The notes under the pieces are model-generated. The model saw only the letters and a list, made by a program, of their open reading frames with translations. It was not told where the DNA came from and made no database searches. Of a DNA stretch of 64,000 nt, positions 51,760 through 61,525 are shown piece after piece. Every line of letters starts with the position of its first letter. Within the stretch, counting starts at the first letter, position 1. The translations under genes were made by a program, and so were the position numbers. The DNA is from an uncultured delta proteobacterium (GTDB taxonomy: Bacteria > Desulfobacterota > Desulfobulbia > Desulfobulbales > BM004), in assembly GCA_963783905.1 (NCBI GenBank), contig CAWAPG010000005.1:120576-184575 (forward strand), written 5' to 3'.

Positions 51760-52782
51760 TCAGGGATGGGGCAGCTCTGCAATAACAGCATAAAATTTCT
51801 TCATGACCTCCGGCGGGATCGCTGAATGCCAGTGTCCGGTCATAATCGCAATACCGTAGAATAGAAAAAAAATACCGAGTACCGCTGCCGGCAGAAGCAG
51901 GATTGAATTTTTACTGCGGCCGGGGGCTGAAAGGGTTAAACAGTCTTCAACAGGACAGACGGAGACGCATTCGGTGCAGCCGATGCATTCCGCGGTGCGG
52001 ACGGTATTTTTGGTCGTGATCCGGATGGACCCCGGGCAGGTCTTTTCACATTTCTTGCAGTCGATGCAGCTTTTTTCGTCACGTTTCACCTGTAAGGGGC
52101 CGGCCAGGGCGAGGAGACCGAGCAAAGCGCCGTAGGGGCAGAGATAGCGGCACCAGAAGTTGCGGTAAATAAACGAGACCCCCACCAGGAGGATCATGAT
52201 GGAGGCTGCAAGTGTCGAGGGGCCCAGAAAGAAAAGCAGCATCTTTGCGTCAACGGCCAGATTGTAGGGTGAAGTATGAAACGACTCGATCTGCGGCAGG
52301 GTCATTTTCCAGACGATGAGATACAGAAAGAAAAAAAGCAGCAGGTATTTTATCGATAAGAGCGGCAGGTCGAGCCAGGCCGGCGGCCGCCGGAGGATTT
52401 TCAGCTTTCTGCCTGTTTTTTCGGCCAGGTTGGAGGTAAATCCCACCGGGCAGATCCAGCCGCAGAACCCCTTGCGCAGCAGCAGCCCGAGACACAAGGC
52501 GGCCAGAAAAATGGTGAGCCCGGCAGGATGGATCATGTCATACCGGCCGGTCAGAATAAGCCTTTTCAAACCGACAAGGGCACTTATGGGCAGAAAACCT
52601 TCCACCGATGGCGGACGCGGCACGTACGCCGAGCTCCGGCCGCTGGCCCATAGATAAAAGAGATAAAAGCGATATCCTCCATACAGACAGAAAAGGGCGA
52701 AACCGGCCTGTACCGAGGTTCTGAGTATTTTGATCCAGCGAGGCCGGATGAGATTCATATGTGAGATTCGCTTCTCATTCAT
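51760..52782 (-). CDS. Membrane 4Fe-4S binding protein (YccM/NapH-like)
   Basis: FCGWICPVG, WCRYLCPYG, CIDCKKC...CP, CIGCTEC...CP. Confidence 0.88.
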   Translation of the reverse strand: MNEKRISHMNLIRPRWIKILRTSVQAGFALFCLYGGYRFYLFYLWASGRSSAYVPRPPSVEGFLPISALVGLKRLILTGRYDMIHPAGLTIFLAALCLGLLLRKGFCGWICPVGFTSNLAEKTGRKLKILRRPPAWLDLPLLSIKYLLLFFFLYLIVWKMTLPQIESFHTSPYNLAVDAKMLLFFLGPSTLAASIMILLVGVSFIYRNFWCRYLCPYGALLGLLALAGPLQVKRDEKSCIDCKKCEKTCPGSIRITTKNTVRTAECIGCTECVSVCPVEDCLTLSAPGRSKNSILLLPAAVLGIFFLFYGIAIMTGHWHSAIPPEVMKKFYAVIAELPHP

Positions 52783-52816
52783 GCAGCCATCATATCATGT
52801 CCGGGAAATCCAGCCT

Positions 52817-52830
52817 TTGACCTAAATCAA
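52817..52830. promoter_or_regulatory. FNR/HcpR-type box
   Basis: TTGACCTAAATCAA, close to TTGAT-N4-ATCAA, 35 bp upstream of the yccM-like gene. Confidence 0.6.
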
Positions 52831-53157
52831 GCCGCGTTATTTCTGGTTCGATATTTGCCGCTCCTGTAAAGCGGCACATTGAAATGTGCTCTTCAATGTG
52901 ATTTCAAAGGGTTGTGATACCGACTCAAATAATGAAACAGATGCAAAAATCCACAAACTTCAATTATTGAATTTATATATTAGAGAGTCAATATATCCGT
53001 CGGACACCTTTGCTGGATTGCAGTAATTGAAAGCCGTAAAGCTGTTAAGACAGGGAAAACCACACAAAAATAACGACAAAACCGCTTATCAATCCTTTAA
53101 AGGACGATAGAAAGACCAAAGAGGCTGTTTCTTGAGGGGGACTGCAAGAGATCCCGA

Positions 53158-53706
53158 TCAATCCTTGTGGTCCATCTCCTGCATGTCTGATCCCATTTCG
53201 TTGCCGGTGAGGCTCTTCAAATAGGCAACCAGGTCGACCCATTGCTGCAGGGTGAGGGCATCCCGGTAACTGGGCATGATCGAGAGGCCGTCCGGTCCGG
53301 TGAAGCCGGGGCCGATGATGATGATGGCGTTCGGTTCGAGAATGGACTCGGCGAAATACTCCGCCGGATGATGACTGCCCATGCCGGTGAGGTTGGGCCC
53401 GGGCCCGGTATCTTTTTGATTGTCGGAAAATGGCTCCCCCTGCACCACATGGCAGGAAAAACACTGCATCCTGATAAACACCTGTCGCCCCACCTGGGCG
53501 TCGCCGGCGGGCATGGTGAATTTCCATCTTGGCGGAAGACCGCCGAGCCGATGCAGTTCCTTCATGGTTATGTGAAGCGGCTCACTATTTGCTGAACCGG
53601 TGAGAGCGACATTGTCGGGGGCGCCCGTCTCATGGGCCGCCGCCGGGTTTAACAGGAATAAGCAGAAGATCGGGATGAAAAACAGAATCCAATTGATGAC
53701 TTTCAT
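53158..53706 (-). CDS. Monoheme c-type cytochrome
   Basis: Signal peptide, GDA..G...F, CFSCH, GPNL, ESILEP, MP. Confidence 0.85.
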   Translation of the reverse strand: MKVINWILFFIPIFCLFLLNPAAAHETGAPDNVALTGSANSEPLHITMKELHRLGGLPPRWKFTMPAGDAQVGRQVFIRMQCFSCHVVQGEPFSDNQKDTGPGPNLTGMGSHHPAEYFAESILEPNAIIIIGPGFTGPDGLSIMPSYRDALTLQQWVDLVAYLKSLTGNEMGSDMQEMDHKD

Positions 53707-53987
53707 GTTGATTTTCCTTTTCGGTTTTCTCTATCCGTAACGGCTTTTTATTGTTTCATCAGATCCGGCAGAAATTCTATCGGTCCAGTCAAAATCTCCC
53801 GGCCTGGGTGGGTGATAAGTAATCGCTATTTCGCCCGCGCCAAAATTCGGGACGGTTCTCTGAATCAGCCCCCGGCTCGTCGCAGTTATTGAACCATTAA
53901 TGGATAACCGGACGCCCTGTCAACAAGAACTACATATTTCTTGCCACAAGTGTGCCACGAACGCACCAAAGGGTTTTATACTCCAAA

Positions 53988-54217
53988 GTGCGGTGCTGTA
54001 CAAGAGATGAGGGTGGGTTCCTCGAAGCCGTTATGCAGGTGGAGGCTTCAAACTACCTTAAGCTGCGCTGGTAAAGAGCCAGGGTGGTGAGCGTTAAGGA
54101 AAAGGCCTCGCAGGACGAGGTCAGGTAGGATTCAAGAAGGCGAGCGCAAGCGAACCACTGATGAGGTGTCGAAAAGCTAAAGATGACGTCAAAACCGGAG
54201 GCTTGTGGTACTCCGGG
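53988..54217 (+). mobile_element. Truncated group II intron (5' end, part of domain I)
   Basis: Begins GTGCGG; contains GGCGAGCGCAAGCGAACC and GATGACGTCAAAACCGG blocks recalled from bacterial group II introns; no RT ORF or domain V follows. Confidence 0.65.
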
Positions 54218-54544
54218 CTACTCGACTAGATGGTTTTTATACCTGCTGGTTACCTCCCTGATGTATGATGGCTATCTCAGCTTTTCATTAAATCGGCGGT
54301 AGTTCCGATTGCACTGCTTCCCGGCGCCCCTCATCCGACTTATTCTAATTCGATATCGGCGGGTTTTTCATGTCTGTAAGCCTGGCAAGGGTCAATATGG
54401 ATTCATTATAACTTGGGCTTCAGGATCGTCCAGAAGAGGTATTATCACGGGAATAGATTGGACGGAACCGGAAAAGCCGAGACCCCGGACGGCTGACATA
54501 AATTGACACGGGCTATTGCAGGTGAGACTTTTTAGAGATGTATA

Positions 54545-54685
54545 TTATCCCGGCTGCACCGGTATGTCCACGGTAAGCCCTCCAACCCCATGGCGGCTCT
54601 TTTCACCGCCGTAGAAGATGGTGATAAGCACGGCCACAAGCAGCCCCAGTCCAATCAGCAAGATAATCAGGTCATCCTTTTTCAT
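54545..54685 (-). CDS. Small single-pass membrane protein (46 aa)
   Basis: MKKDDLIILLIGLGLLVAVLITIFYGGEKSRHG...; below the ORF-track cutoff. Confidence 0.45.
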   Translation of the reverse strand: MKKDDLIILLIGLGLLVAVLITIFYGGEKSRHGVGGLTVDIPVQPG

Positions 54686-54769
54686 TCTGTTTTATAGTAT
54701 AAGTATTGGTTATGCCAATCGGAAAGAAAACCGGTAGATATATAATTTGCTTGTAAAGGACATACAATA

Positions 54770-55771
54770 ATGTACCTGGCGGAACATACCATAAACGGGA
54801 GGAAAAGGTATATAATCAGGGACTCGCAGTATGATCCTGATAACGATTGCTGGCAGAGCAGAGACCTGTTCGACCTGGGGCGGTCACCATGGGAGTATAT
54901 CAAGTATCCGGGCGGCAATGCCTTCCATATAGCGGAACCGGTCACCGAGCAGCTGGAAGCCCTGGGGTTGGAACCTGACCTCTGTGAGCTGGAGGAGCTG
55001 TTCTGGCGATTTATCAGAAAGGAGATCAGGCAGAAGATTGAACCTTTTTATTGCCGCAGCCGCAGAAGTCCGAGAAAAAAGATAAAAAGTCTTGCCGAAC
55101 AGCAGGTGCGGTTTTTTGACAAACGACGCATGTATTATCTGCGCTGCGGTGCGGTGGATCAAAGGATGCTCGCCCGGATGCCGCTCAGATATTTTAAACC
55201 GCTGCTGAACAAGTCCAGGGACGAGATAGAACAGTATCTGATGCAGCTGGAAAAAAGTCTGAATCCCCGGGAGTACAAACAGTACGTCTACGTTATTTTT
55301 GATCTGCAGCGTTATTTCCGTTCCACCCCGGCCCGGTCAATTCCTCAGGCCCTGGACCAGGATGAGCTGGATACATATTTTCTCAAAGACCTGTGCCGGC
55401 TGAACAGGGATGAATTCTTCTGGGCCGGATTTGCCAGAGGGGACAAGATGCATGAATATCTGGTCCGTTATGCAGTCATGTTTTTTGATTATGACTTTGA
55501 CGGCGGCTCTGCCTGGCATGAGTATCTGCAGAATTTTATCAACTCAAAACGGTTCTATCGGGCACCACCGGCGCAGACAAGGGTTGCCATAACCGAAATC
55601 GTGGAAATATTCGGAGTGACGGAAAGAAAACTCAGGGCAATGGGAAAAAGTGAGCTGACCAGGCTGTTCCGGCGGAAGGCGCATGAACTTCATCCGGACA
55701 AGGGCGGAGAGCATGACGCCTTTGTCAGGTTAACCGAGGCGTATCATGAGCTGCTGCACAAGATATGTTAA
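54770..55771 (+). CDS. Protein with C-terminal J domain
   Basis: FRRKAHELHPDKGG...F..L.EAY. Confidence 0.8.
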   Translation: MYLAEHTINGRKRYIIRDSQYDPDNDCWQSRDLFDLGRSPWEYIKYPGGNAFHIAEPVTEQLEALGLEPDLCELEELFWRFIRKEIRQKIEPFYCRSRRSPRKKIKSLAEQQVRFFDKRRMYYLRCGAVDQRMLARMPLRYFKPLLNKSRDEIEQYLMQLEKSLNPREYKQYVYVIFDLQRYFRSTPARSIPQALDQDELDTYFLKDLCRLNRDEFFWAGFARGDKMHEYLVRYAVMFFDYDFDGGSAWHEYLQNFINSKRFYRAPPAQTRVAITEIVEIFGVTERKLRAMGKSELTRLFRRKAHELHPDKGGEHDAFVRLTEAYHELLHKIC

Positions 55772-55935
55772 ATGGTCAAATAGTTATCATTGAAGATTTA
55801 TCGTCATACGATACGAGACGATGATTGACAGAGAAATTGAACAGTGAAAACTTGAGGCGGAAAATTTTTCTATTTATAATCTTCAATCTTCAATTTCTTA
55901 AATTTTTAATCAGATAAATCCCTGAACCCATCTCT

Positions 55936-56472
55936 TTATGCCCGTTCCTGCAGGAATCGTTTGAGTACATAAATCCCGTCCGGGGTAAACGGCTCTTTTT
56001 CACTTAAAGCCAGAACCGTACCTGGGGCAGCAAAAAACCCGCTTTCCACTTCCTCTGCCTGCAGATGTATCTGCCCATCGTGGATGCAGGAATAGACCCT
56101 GCCCCAAACCCTGTTTTTGCCCTCTTCATAAAAAAAAGCGAAATGGGAAACGAGGTTTGTATTCCGTATGCCCAATTCTTCCTGAAGTTCACGCCTGGCA
56201 GATTCATCGTAACCTTCACCGGCGAGCACCACGCCGCCGGTGGCCGCATCGTAATAGCCGGGATAGACGTCTTTGGTCATGGTTCGTTTCTGGACATACA
56301 GTTCGCCCCTGCTGTTGAAGACCAGAACGTAGGCGGCGCGATGCACCAAACCCCTGCTCCGCATCACATGCCTGGGAGCAGTGCCCGTTTCTCTGTTGTT
56401 GCTGTCAACGATCTGGACAATTTCATTGCGGGGATTCTGGCCTGGTTTTTGAAAATCATGCCGTTTATGCAT
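55936..56472 (-). CDS. NUDIX hydrolase (YfcD-like)
   Basis: HRA.YV.VFN, QKR...KD.YPG..D, GG....GE.....ARREL.EELG. Confidence 0.88.
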   Translation of the reverse strand: MHKRHDFQKPGQNPRNEIVQIVDSNNRETGTAPRHVMRSRGLVHRAAYVLVFNSRGELYVQKRTMTKDVYPGYYDAATGGVVLAGEGYDESARRELQEELGIRNTNLVSHFAFFYEEGKNRVWGRVYSCIHDGQIHLQAEEVESGFFAAPGTVLALSEKEPFTPDGIYVLKRFLQERA

Positions 56473-56657
56473 TATGACCGCCCGTTTGCTGCCGTACCAT
56501 TAATATATTTCCGGCCTGAAAAGAATGATTGTTAATAAAAGTTTACCAAATCGGCAAGGGATTAACCATACTGCAGCGAAAGCTGAAAAAGTATGCAGGT
56601 GCGAATGAAAATAACGGGAACTGGGTAAAAAAAATAATTATAGGGTAGAATGTTGGA

Positions 56658-56870
56658 ATGGCAGGGAAAGAACAGCGGAAAACATGCGATATATGCGGCG
56701 GCAGCGGGCAGCTCAGTTTTTTCAAGGGGGTAAGCCGTTTTCTTCTGTCAACCGAGGAATGCAGCGTCTGCGCCGGCACCGGCCTGCAGTTGGACGCTGC
56801 CGTCGGGAAAGCAGAAGATGACAAGGCGGGAAAGACCCCAAAAAAAGGAACACCGAAAAAGAAGAAGTAA
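56658..56870 (+). CDS. Small CxxCxGxG zinc-finger protein
   Basis: CDICGGSG and CSVCAGTG with a Lys-rich tail. Confidence 0.7.
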   Translation: MAGKEQRKTCDICGGSGQLSFFKGVSRFLLSTEECSVCAGTGLQLDAAVGKAEDDKAGKTPKKGTPKKKK

Positions 56871-56886
56871 TCGGCGGCAATCTTTT

Positions 56887-57896
56887 CTATTGCCCGCTCA
56901 TCTCCTGTTTAAGGAGACAGCAGGAGATTTTTTTCAGGGGTTTTCCTGCTGCATCGTAACTGAGATTTTCCGGCTGCAGGAGTTTATTCATGACGCAGCC
57001 TTCCGGGATATCAAGACTGAAGAGATTTGTTTCGGTGAGGCCGGAGTTTGCAACGAGCTGGTTTGCCGCAATTCTGAAACCGTTTACCGGGTAATCTTCG
57101 CACAGGGGGCACTGATATACCCGGCCGTTGGGAAAGACGAAATAATTCTCTGCCACCCGTCCAGCACATTCAAATTTTTCCCCGGATCCAGAAACACCTT
57201 CGGAAAAATTGCCGTTATTCCATTTTCTGCCGCATCAGCCGCCACCCGTGGAATCTTTTCCAGCCATTCCTCCGGAGTGAGCTGCCATTGGTCCGCGCCG
57301 TTCAGCGCTGTTTTTCCCCTGATGCCGATAACCTGGATGAAGAAACGTTTTACCTCCCAGCCGGACAGCAGGGGTATCATCTTGTGCAGATGATCTATGT
57401 TGTGCCGGCTTACCGTGTAGATTAGACTGACGTTGAAACCTGCAGCGACTGCAGCCTGAATATTTTTCGTGCAGGTGGCAAAAACTCCTGCGCCGCGGAG
57501 CGGATCGTTTACTGCGGGGGTGGGTCCGTCAAGGCTGAAGCTTAAAAAGTCAAGCTCTGAAGGTTTGACTTCATCCAGGAAATCGTGGAAGAGAAAACCG
57601 TTGGTATCAACGGTAACCGAAGAGTATCCCGATCTTTTGGCAAATCTGATCAGATGGGGGAGGTCGGGATGCATAGTGGGCTCCCCGCCGAGAAAAATTA
57701 CATTGGTCTCTTTGCCGTCAGTCCGGAACAGGGTAAGCCATTTTTCCAGGTCCTCTCTTGACAGCATGCCGGTGCCGTGCTCTTTGGGATTGATGTAACA
57801 GTGGCGGCATGCAAGGTTGCAGGCGGTAAGAATATGGAAAAAAAGATTTCTTTCGCCGCGTTTGAACCGCACGGTCTTTGCCAGCGGCGAACTCAT
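56887..57896 (-). pseudogene. Radical SAM protein, frameshifted near 57180
   Basis: CNLACRHC, GGEP, TNG, SLDG; Cys-rich C-terminus (ECAG...VYQCPLC...CC) continues in another frame after a G4 run. Confidence 0.8.
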
Positions 57897-58417
57897 TAAC
57901 GATTCTCCCCTGCAGTTTGTTCCAGGGTATAGCGGGCCAGAGGACTGTCCTGCCAGTAACTGTTGCGTCGGTCAGCAAAAAATGTCTTGAAGAGTTCCAG
58001 GCTTTCCCGGCGCAGGATATGCGGAATTATTACAACCGACATGTCCCGGTACAGAGGTGTCAGAGTTTTGAGATCAAGGTCGGTGCCGCCCCCCATAATA
58101 TCTTCGTAGGCGTAAACAATGGTGCGGATGCCGTTTAGGAGCAGGGTGACGTAACACATGAGGCAGGGCTCCATACTGGCATAGACCACAACTTTGGAAC
58201 GATCAATCTCCGGATGCAGCATAAAAAGTTTTCGCAGTGCCAGTATTTCAGCATGGTCCAGTTCATTTGCATCGGGAAACCTGGAATTTATTCTTTTTTC
58301 CCTGCTGATAATTTTATCGCCATAAACCATGACGCAGCCCACCGGGAATTCCCGGGCAGCGAGAGCTTTCTGTGCTTCCAGCAATGCCTGCCGCATATAT
58401 GTTTCATGACTGTTCAT
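57896..58417 (-). CDS. Zinc-dependent nucleoside deaminase (TadA/CDA-like)
   Basis: EFPVG, HAE, EPCLMC. Confidence 0.88.
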   Translation of the reverse strand: MNSHETYMRQALLEAQKALAAREFPVGCVMVYGDKIISREKRINSRFPDANELDHAEILALRKLFMLHPEIDRSKVVVYASMEPCLMCYVTLLLNGIRTIVYAYEDIMGGGTDLDLKTLTPLYRDMSVVIIPHILRRESLELFKTFFADRRNSYWQDSPLARYTLEQTAGENR

Positions 58418-58561
58418 CCAGGGATACCTGATCTGTAATATTTCAAGTGCAGCGGAAACATAGGTTGCAATCCTATACTTTACCAATGTAAAAAAAAGAC
58501 TGACAAGTCATATAAACTATAATCATGGAAAAGCAAAGGCACAGATAGGGGAGAATTGATA

Positions 58562-58684
58562 ATGGACAGGTATACAAAAGGATTTGTGCTCGCATCTTTA
58601 ATCTATTTTCTCCTGCCTTCGGGGTTGGGGATCTGGATGGATATGGACGTCACAGCGGAAGAGGCTGCCGGTCGCATAAAATGA
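58562..58684 (+). CDS. Short hydrophobic ORF (40 aa), possible gene remnant
   Basis: GGGGAG RBS; MDRYTKGFVLASLIYFLL...; stop overlaps next ATG (ATGA). Confidence 0.35.
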   Translation: MDRYTKGFVLASLIYFLLPSGLGIWMDMDVTAEEAAGRIK

Positions 58685-59802
58685 AAAATATTTTCCAGGC
58701 TGCTGAACATTTCATCAGCCGTGATGCAACTGTTGCCGGAATTGAGCAATATGGCCACGGGATAATCCATGATACCTACCTGGTAAAGCTGGACAACGGC
58801 GCCGACCGGTTTATCCTGCAGCGCATCAACAAAGAGGTTTTTATCGACCCGGTCCAGATTATGCGCAATCTGCGGCTGGTAAACCACCATATCCGGCAAC
58901 AGCGGCAATCTGCCGGCAGCGGAATTGATGCCGACTGGCAGATGGTGCACGGCTTGCCGGCCAGGGACGGCAGGGATTATTTTATTGATGCCGACGGGGC
59001 TTTCTGGCGTGCTTTAAGCTATGTCAGGGGGGCTGTTCCCCTGGAACGGATTTCATCCCTGGCTGATGCCGGGGAGGCGGGACGGGCGCTGGGCACTTTT
59101 CACCGGCTGGTCAGCACTCTTAAACCGGAGCTGCTTTATGAAACCCTGCCTGGTTTTCATGATGTCGGCCGATACCTTGCCCGGTATGATGCGGTCCGGA
59201 CCGGAAACCGGGGAACTTTCGAACCGGAGAGATACTGCCGGCAGATCATAGAGGACAGAAGAAGTTGGGCTCCGGTGCTGGAGAATGCCAGGAGAGAAAA
59301 TCTGCTGCCGGTGCGCGTCATCCACGGGGACCCCAAGACCAACAACATTATGATAGACCGGAGCACGGGCAGGGCGGTCAGCATCATAGACCTGGATACC
59401 GTTATGCCTGGTCTGGTGCAGTATGATATCGGTGACTGTCTGCGTTCCAGCTGCAATACATTGAGAGAGGATGCCCACGATTTTTTCGGGGTCCGGTTCG
59501 ATCTTCAGCGTTGTGCAGCAATTTTGTCCGGGTATACGGAGGCCGCCGCCGGGTTTTTAACCGGGACGGATTTTGATTATTTCTTTGATGCCGTGCGGTG
59601 TATTTCCTTTGAACTGGGACTCCGGTTTTATACTGATTTTCTGCAGGGCAACCTTTATTTCAAGGTCAGCAGCCGGAAACAGAACCTGAACCGGGCGGTG
59701 GTGCAGTTCAAGCTGCTTGAAAGCATCGAAGCGCAGGAAGCCGGGATAAGAAAAGTTATTGCCGGGTGCCGGATGTTTTTTCCCGGCAGCAGTTTTTCAT
59801 AA
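58681..59802 (+). CDS. Aminoglycoside phosphotransferase/N-acetylhexosamine kinase-like protein
   Basis: G.IHDTY, LQRIN, HGDPKTNN, IDLDT, RFYTDFL.G..YF. Confidence 0.85.
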   Translation: MKNIFQAAEHFISRDATVAGIEQYGHGIIHDTYLVKLDNGADRFILQRINKEVFIDPVQIMRNLRLVNHHIRQQRQSAGSGIDADWQMVHGLPARDGRDYFIDADGAFWRALSYVRGAVPLERISSLADAGEAGRALGTFHRLVSTLKPELLYETLPGFHDVGRYLARYDAVRTGNRGTFEPERYCRQIIEDRRSWAPVLENARRENLLPVRVIHGDPKTNNIMIDRSTGRAVSIIDLDTVMPGLVQYDIGDCLRSSCNTLREDAHDFFGVRFDLQRCAAILSGYTEAAAGFLTGTDFDYFFDAVRCISFELGLRFYTDFLQGNLYFKVSSRKQNLNRAVVQFKLLESIEAQEAGIRKVIAGCRMFFPGSSFS

Positions 59803-59896
59803 TCCATATCTTCACATTTAATGAATGCAGGTTTTTTAGAAATTTCATATACCAACCCCTGCTGAAGGCAGGAAAATAATTTACAGTTGATAAGGA

Positions 59897-60646
59897 ATGA
59901 ACATGGATGATCTGAAAAATGCCCTCGGCTTCCGTTATCTGCAGGAAACAAAATTCAATGAGCAAACCCTCCGACGCACGGCCGGTTTGCGTATTGCTCC
60001 GGCGCCGACCTATAAGCAGTATGCTGAGGCGAAAAAAATAACGCTGCCGACAGACTGGAAAATATCGAAAGGCCTGGGAAAGTCCCTGCAGTACAGGCGT
60101 TCATGCCGGAGATACACAAGCACCCCGCTCAGGGTGGAGGAGCTTGCCATGATGCTCTGGGCCAGCCAGGGAATAAGCGGCAGAGCCGGAAGTTTTTTAT
60201 TCCGAACGGCACCTTCCGCCGGGGCGCTGTATCCGGTGGAAACCTATCTATCCGTTCAGCAGGTGGAATCATTGCGTCCGGGACTGTATCATTTTCAACC
60301 GACGGAATTTGCTCTGGAGATGATTCGTGAGGGGTTTGCAGGAAAAAAAGTGGCGGAGGCTGCCCTGGGACAGAGCTTCATGGCAGAGGCCGGAGTGGTT
60401 TTTATTTGGTCCGCTATCCTGCGCAGAAATTTTTCCAAATACGGTCACCGGGGTTTGCGCTACATCATGTTGGATGCAGGCCATATCTGTCAGAACCTGC
60501 TGCTGGCTGCAGAAGCCCTCGATCTAGGGGCATGTCCGGTGGCCGCCTTTTATGATGATCAGTTAAACAGGCTGCTTGACCTGGACGGTGAAGAGGAATC
60601 AGCAATCTATCTGGCGGCGGTCGGGGCAAGAGAAGAACCAAAGTAA
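59897..60646 (+). CDS. SagB/ThcOx-family nitroreductase-like dehydrogenase
   Basis: RRSCR, RTAPSAGALYP.E, KY..RG.RY..LDAGH..QN. Confidence 0.88.
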   Translation: MNMDDLKNALGFRYLQETKFNEQTLRRTAGLRIAPAPTYKQYAEAKKITLPTDWKISKGLGKSLQYRRSCRRYTSTPLRVEELAMMLWASQGISGRAGSFLFRTAPSAGALYPVETYLSVQQVESLRPGLYHFQPTEFALEMIREGFAGKKVAEAALGQSFMAEAGVVFIWSAILRRNFSKYGHRGLRYIMLDAGHICQNLLLAAEALDLGACPVAAFYDDQLNRLLDLDGEEESAIYLAAVGAREEPK

Positions 60647-60667
60647 CATTGAAAGGAGTCATGGTAA

Positions 60668-61486
60668 ATGTGGAGTTCTAAGGATGTTTATTATATTTCG
60701 GACAGCACCGGGATAATGGTCACTAATCTGGGGCAGGCTCTGATCTGTCAGTTTCCAGAGGTGAATTTTTATGAGGAAAAATTCCCTTTTATCAGGACCG
60801 TGGCTGAGGCCAGAAAGACAATGGAACATATAATGAAACGGTCCGGAGGGCGCAGGCCGATAATTTTCAGTACTGTTCTTGACCCCGAGGTACGGGCCGT
60901 ATTTGATTCACCGGAAGTTGAATATTTTGAAGCATATGGATGGTTTCTGGAGCGGCTGGAAACCTGCCTGGAAACCCGGGCGGTTCGGGAACCCGGGTTT
61001 GCCCGCAATCCCAGTGATGTGACCATGAATAAAAGGGTAGAGGCAATTCATTACTGCCTCGCCCATGACGATGGGACCAAGGTCAGCGAATATGATGAGG
61101 CTGATGTTATACTGCTGGGGGTTTCCCGCACCGGCAAGACCCCGGTCTCTGTTTTTCTGGCAACCCAGATGGGTCTTAAAGCCGCTAATTTCCCGCTTAC
61201 CGCCGAATATCTGAACAGCTACAGGGTGCCCGAGATGATCAGGCAGAATTTAAGCAGGGTGGTTGCATTGACAACCTCACCGGAGCATCTCCACAGTGCC
61301 AGGGAAAAGCGCTACCATGGAAGCAGGTATGCCAGGCTGTCCACCTGCCTTGAGGAACTGAAGCAGGCGGAGCAGATCTATATGAAATCCCATATTCCGG
61401 TAGTCTCCTCGGCCGGCAAATCAATAGAGGAGATAGCCGCCCAGGTCATGCAGGAGTTGGGGATCTCCAAAAAATATCTTCTATAA
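60668..61486 (+). CDS. ppsR: PEP synthase/PPDK regulatory kinase-pyrophosphorylase
   Basis: ISDSTG, HDDG, GVSRTGKTP, SIEEIA. Confidence 0.92.
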   Translation: MWSSKDVYYISDSTGIMVTNLGQALICQFPEVNFYEEKFPFIRTVAEARKTMEHIMKRSGGRRPIIFSTVLDPEVRAVFDSPEVEYFEAYGWFLERLETCLETRAVREPGFARNPSDVTMNKRVEAIHYCLAHDDGTKVSEYDEADVILLGVSRTGKTPVSVFLATQMGLKAANFPLTAEYLNSYRVPEMIRQNLSRVVALTTSPEHLHSAREKRYHGSRYARLSTCLEELKQAEQIYMKSHIPVVSSAGKSIEEIAAQVMQELGISKKYLL

Positions 61487-61525
61487 GGGGGTTTGGCGCA
61501 AAAGAACAGGGAACGCCGGGGAAAA

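Noticed and set aside
59897-60646. RiPP/TOMM cluster suggested by the SagB domain
   Set aside because: No YcaO or precursor peptide nearby; stand-alone SagB-like genes are common
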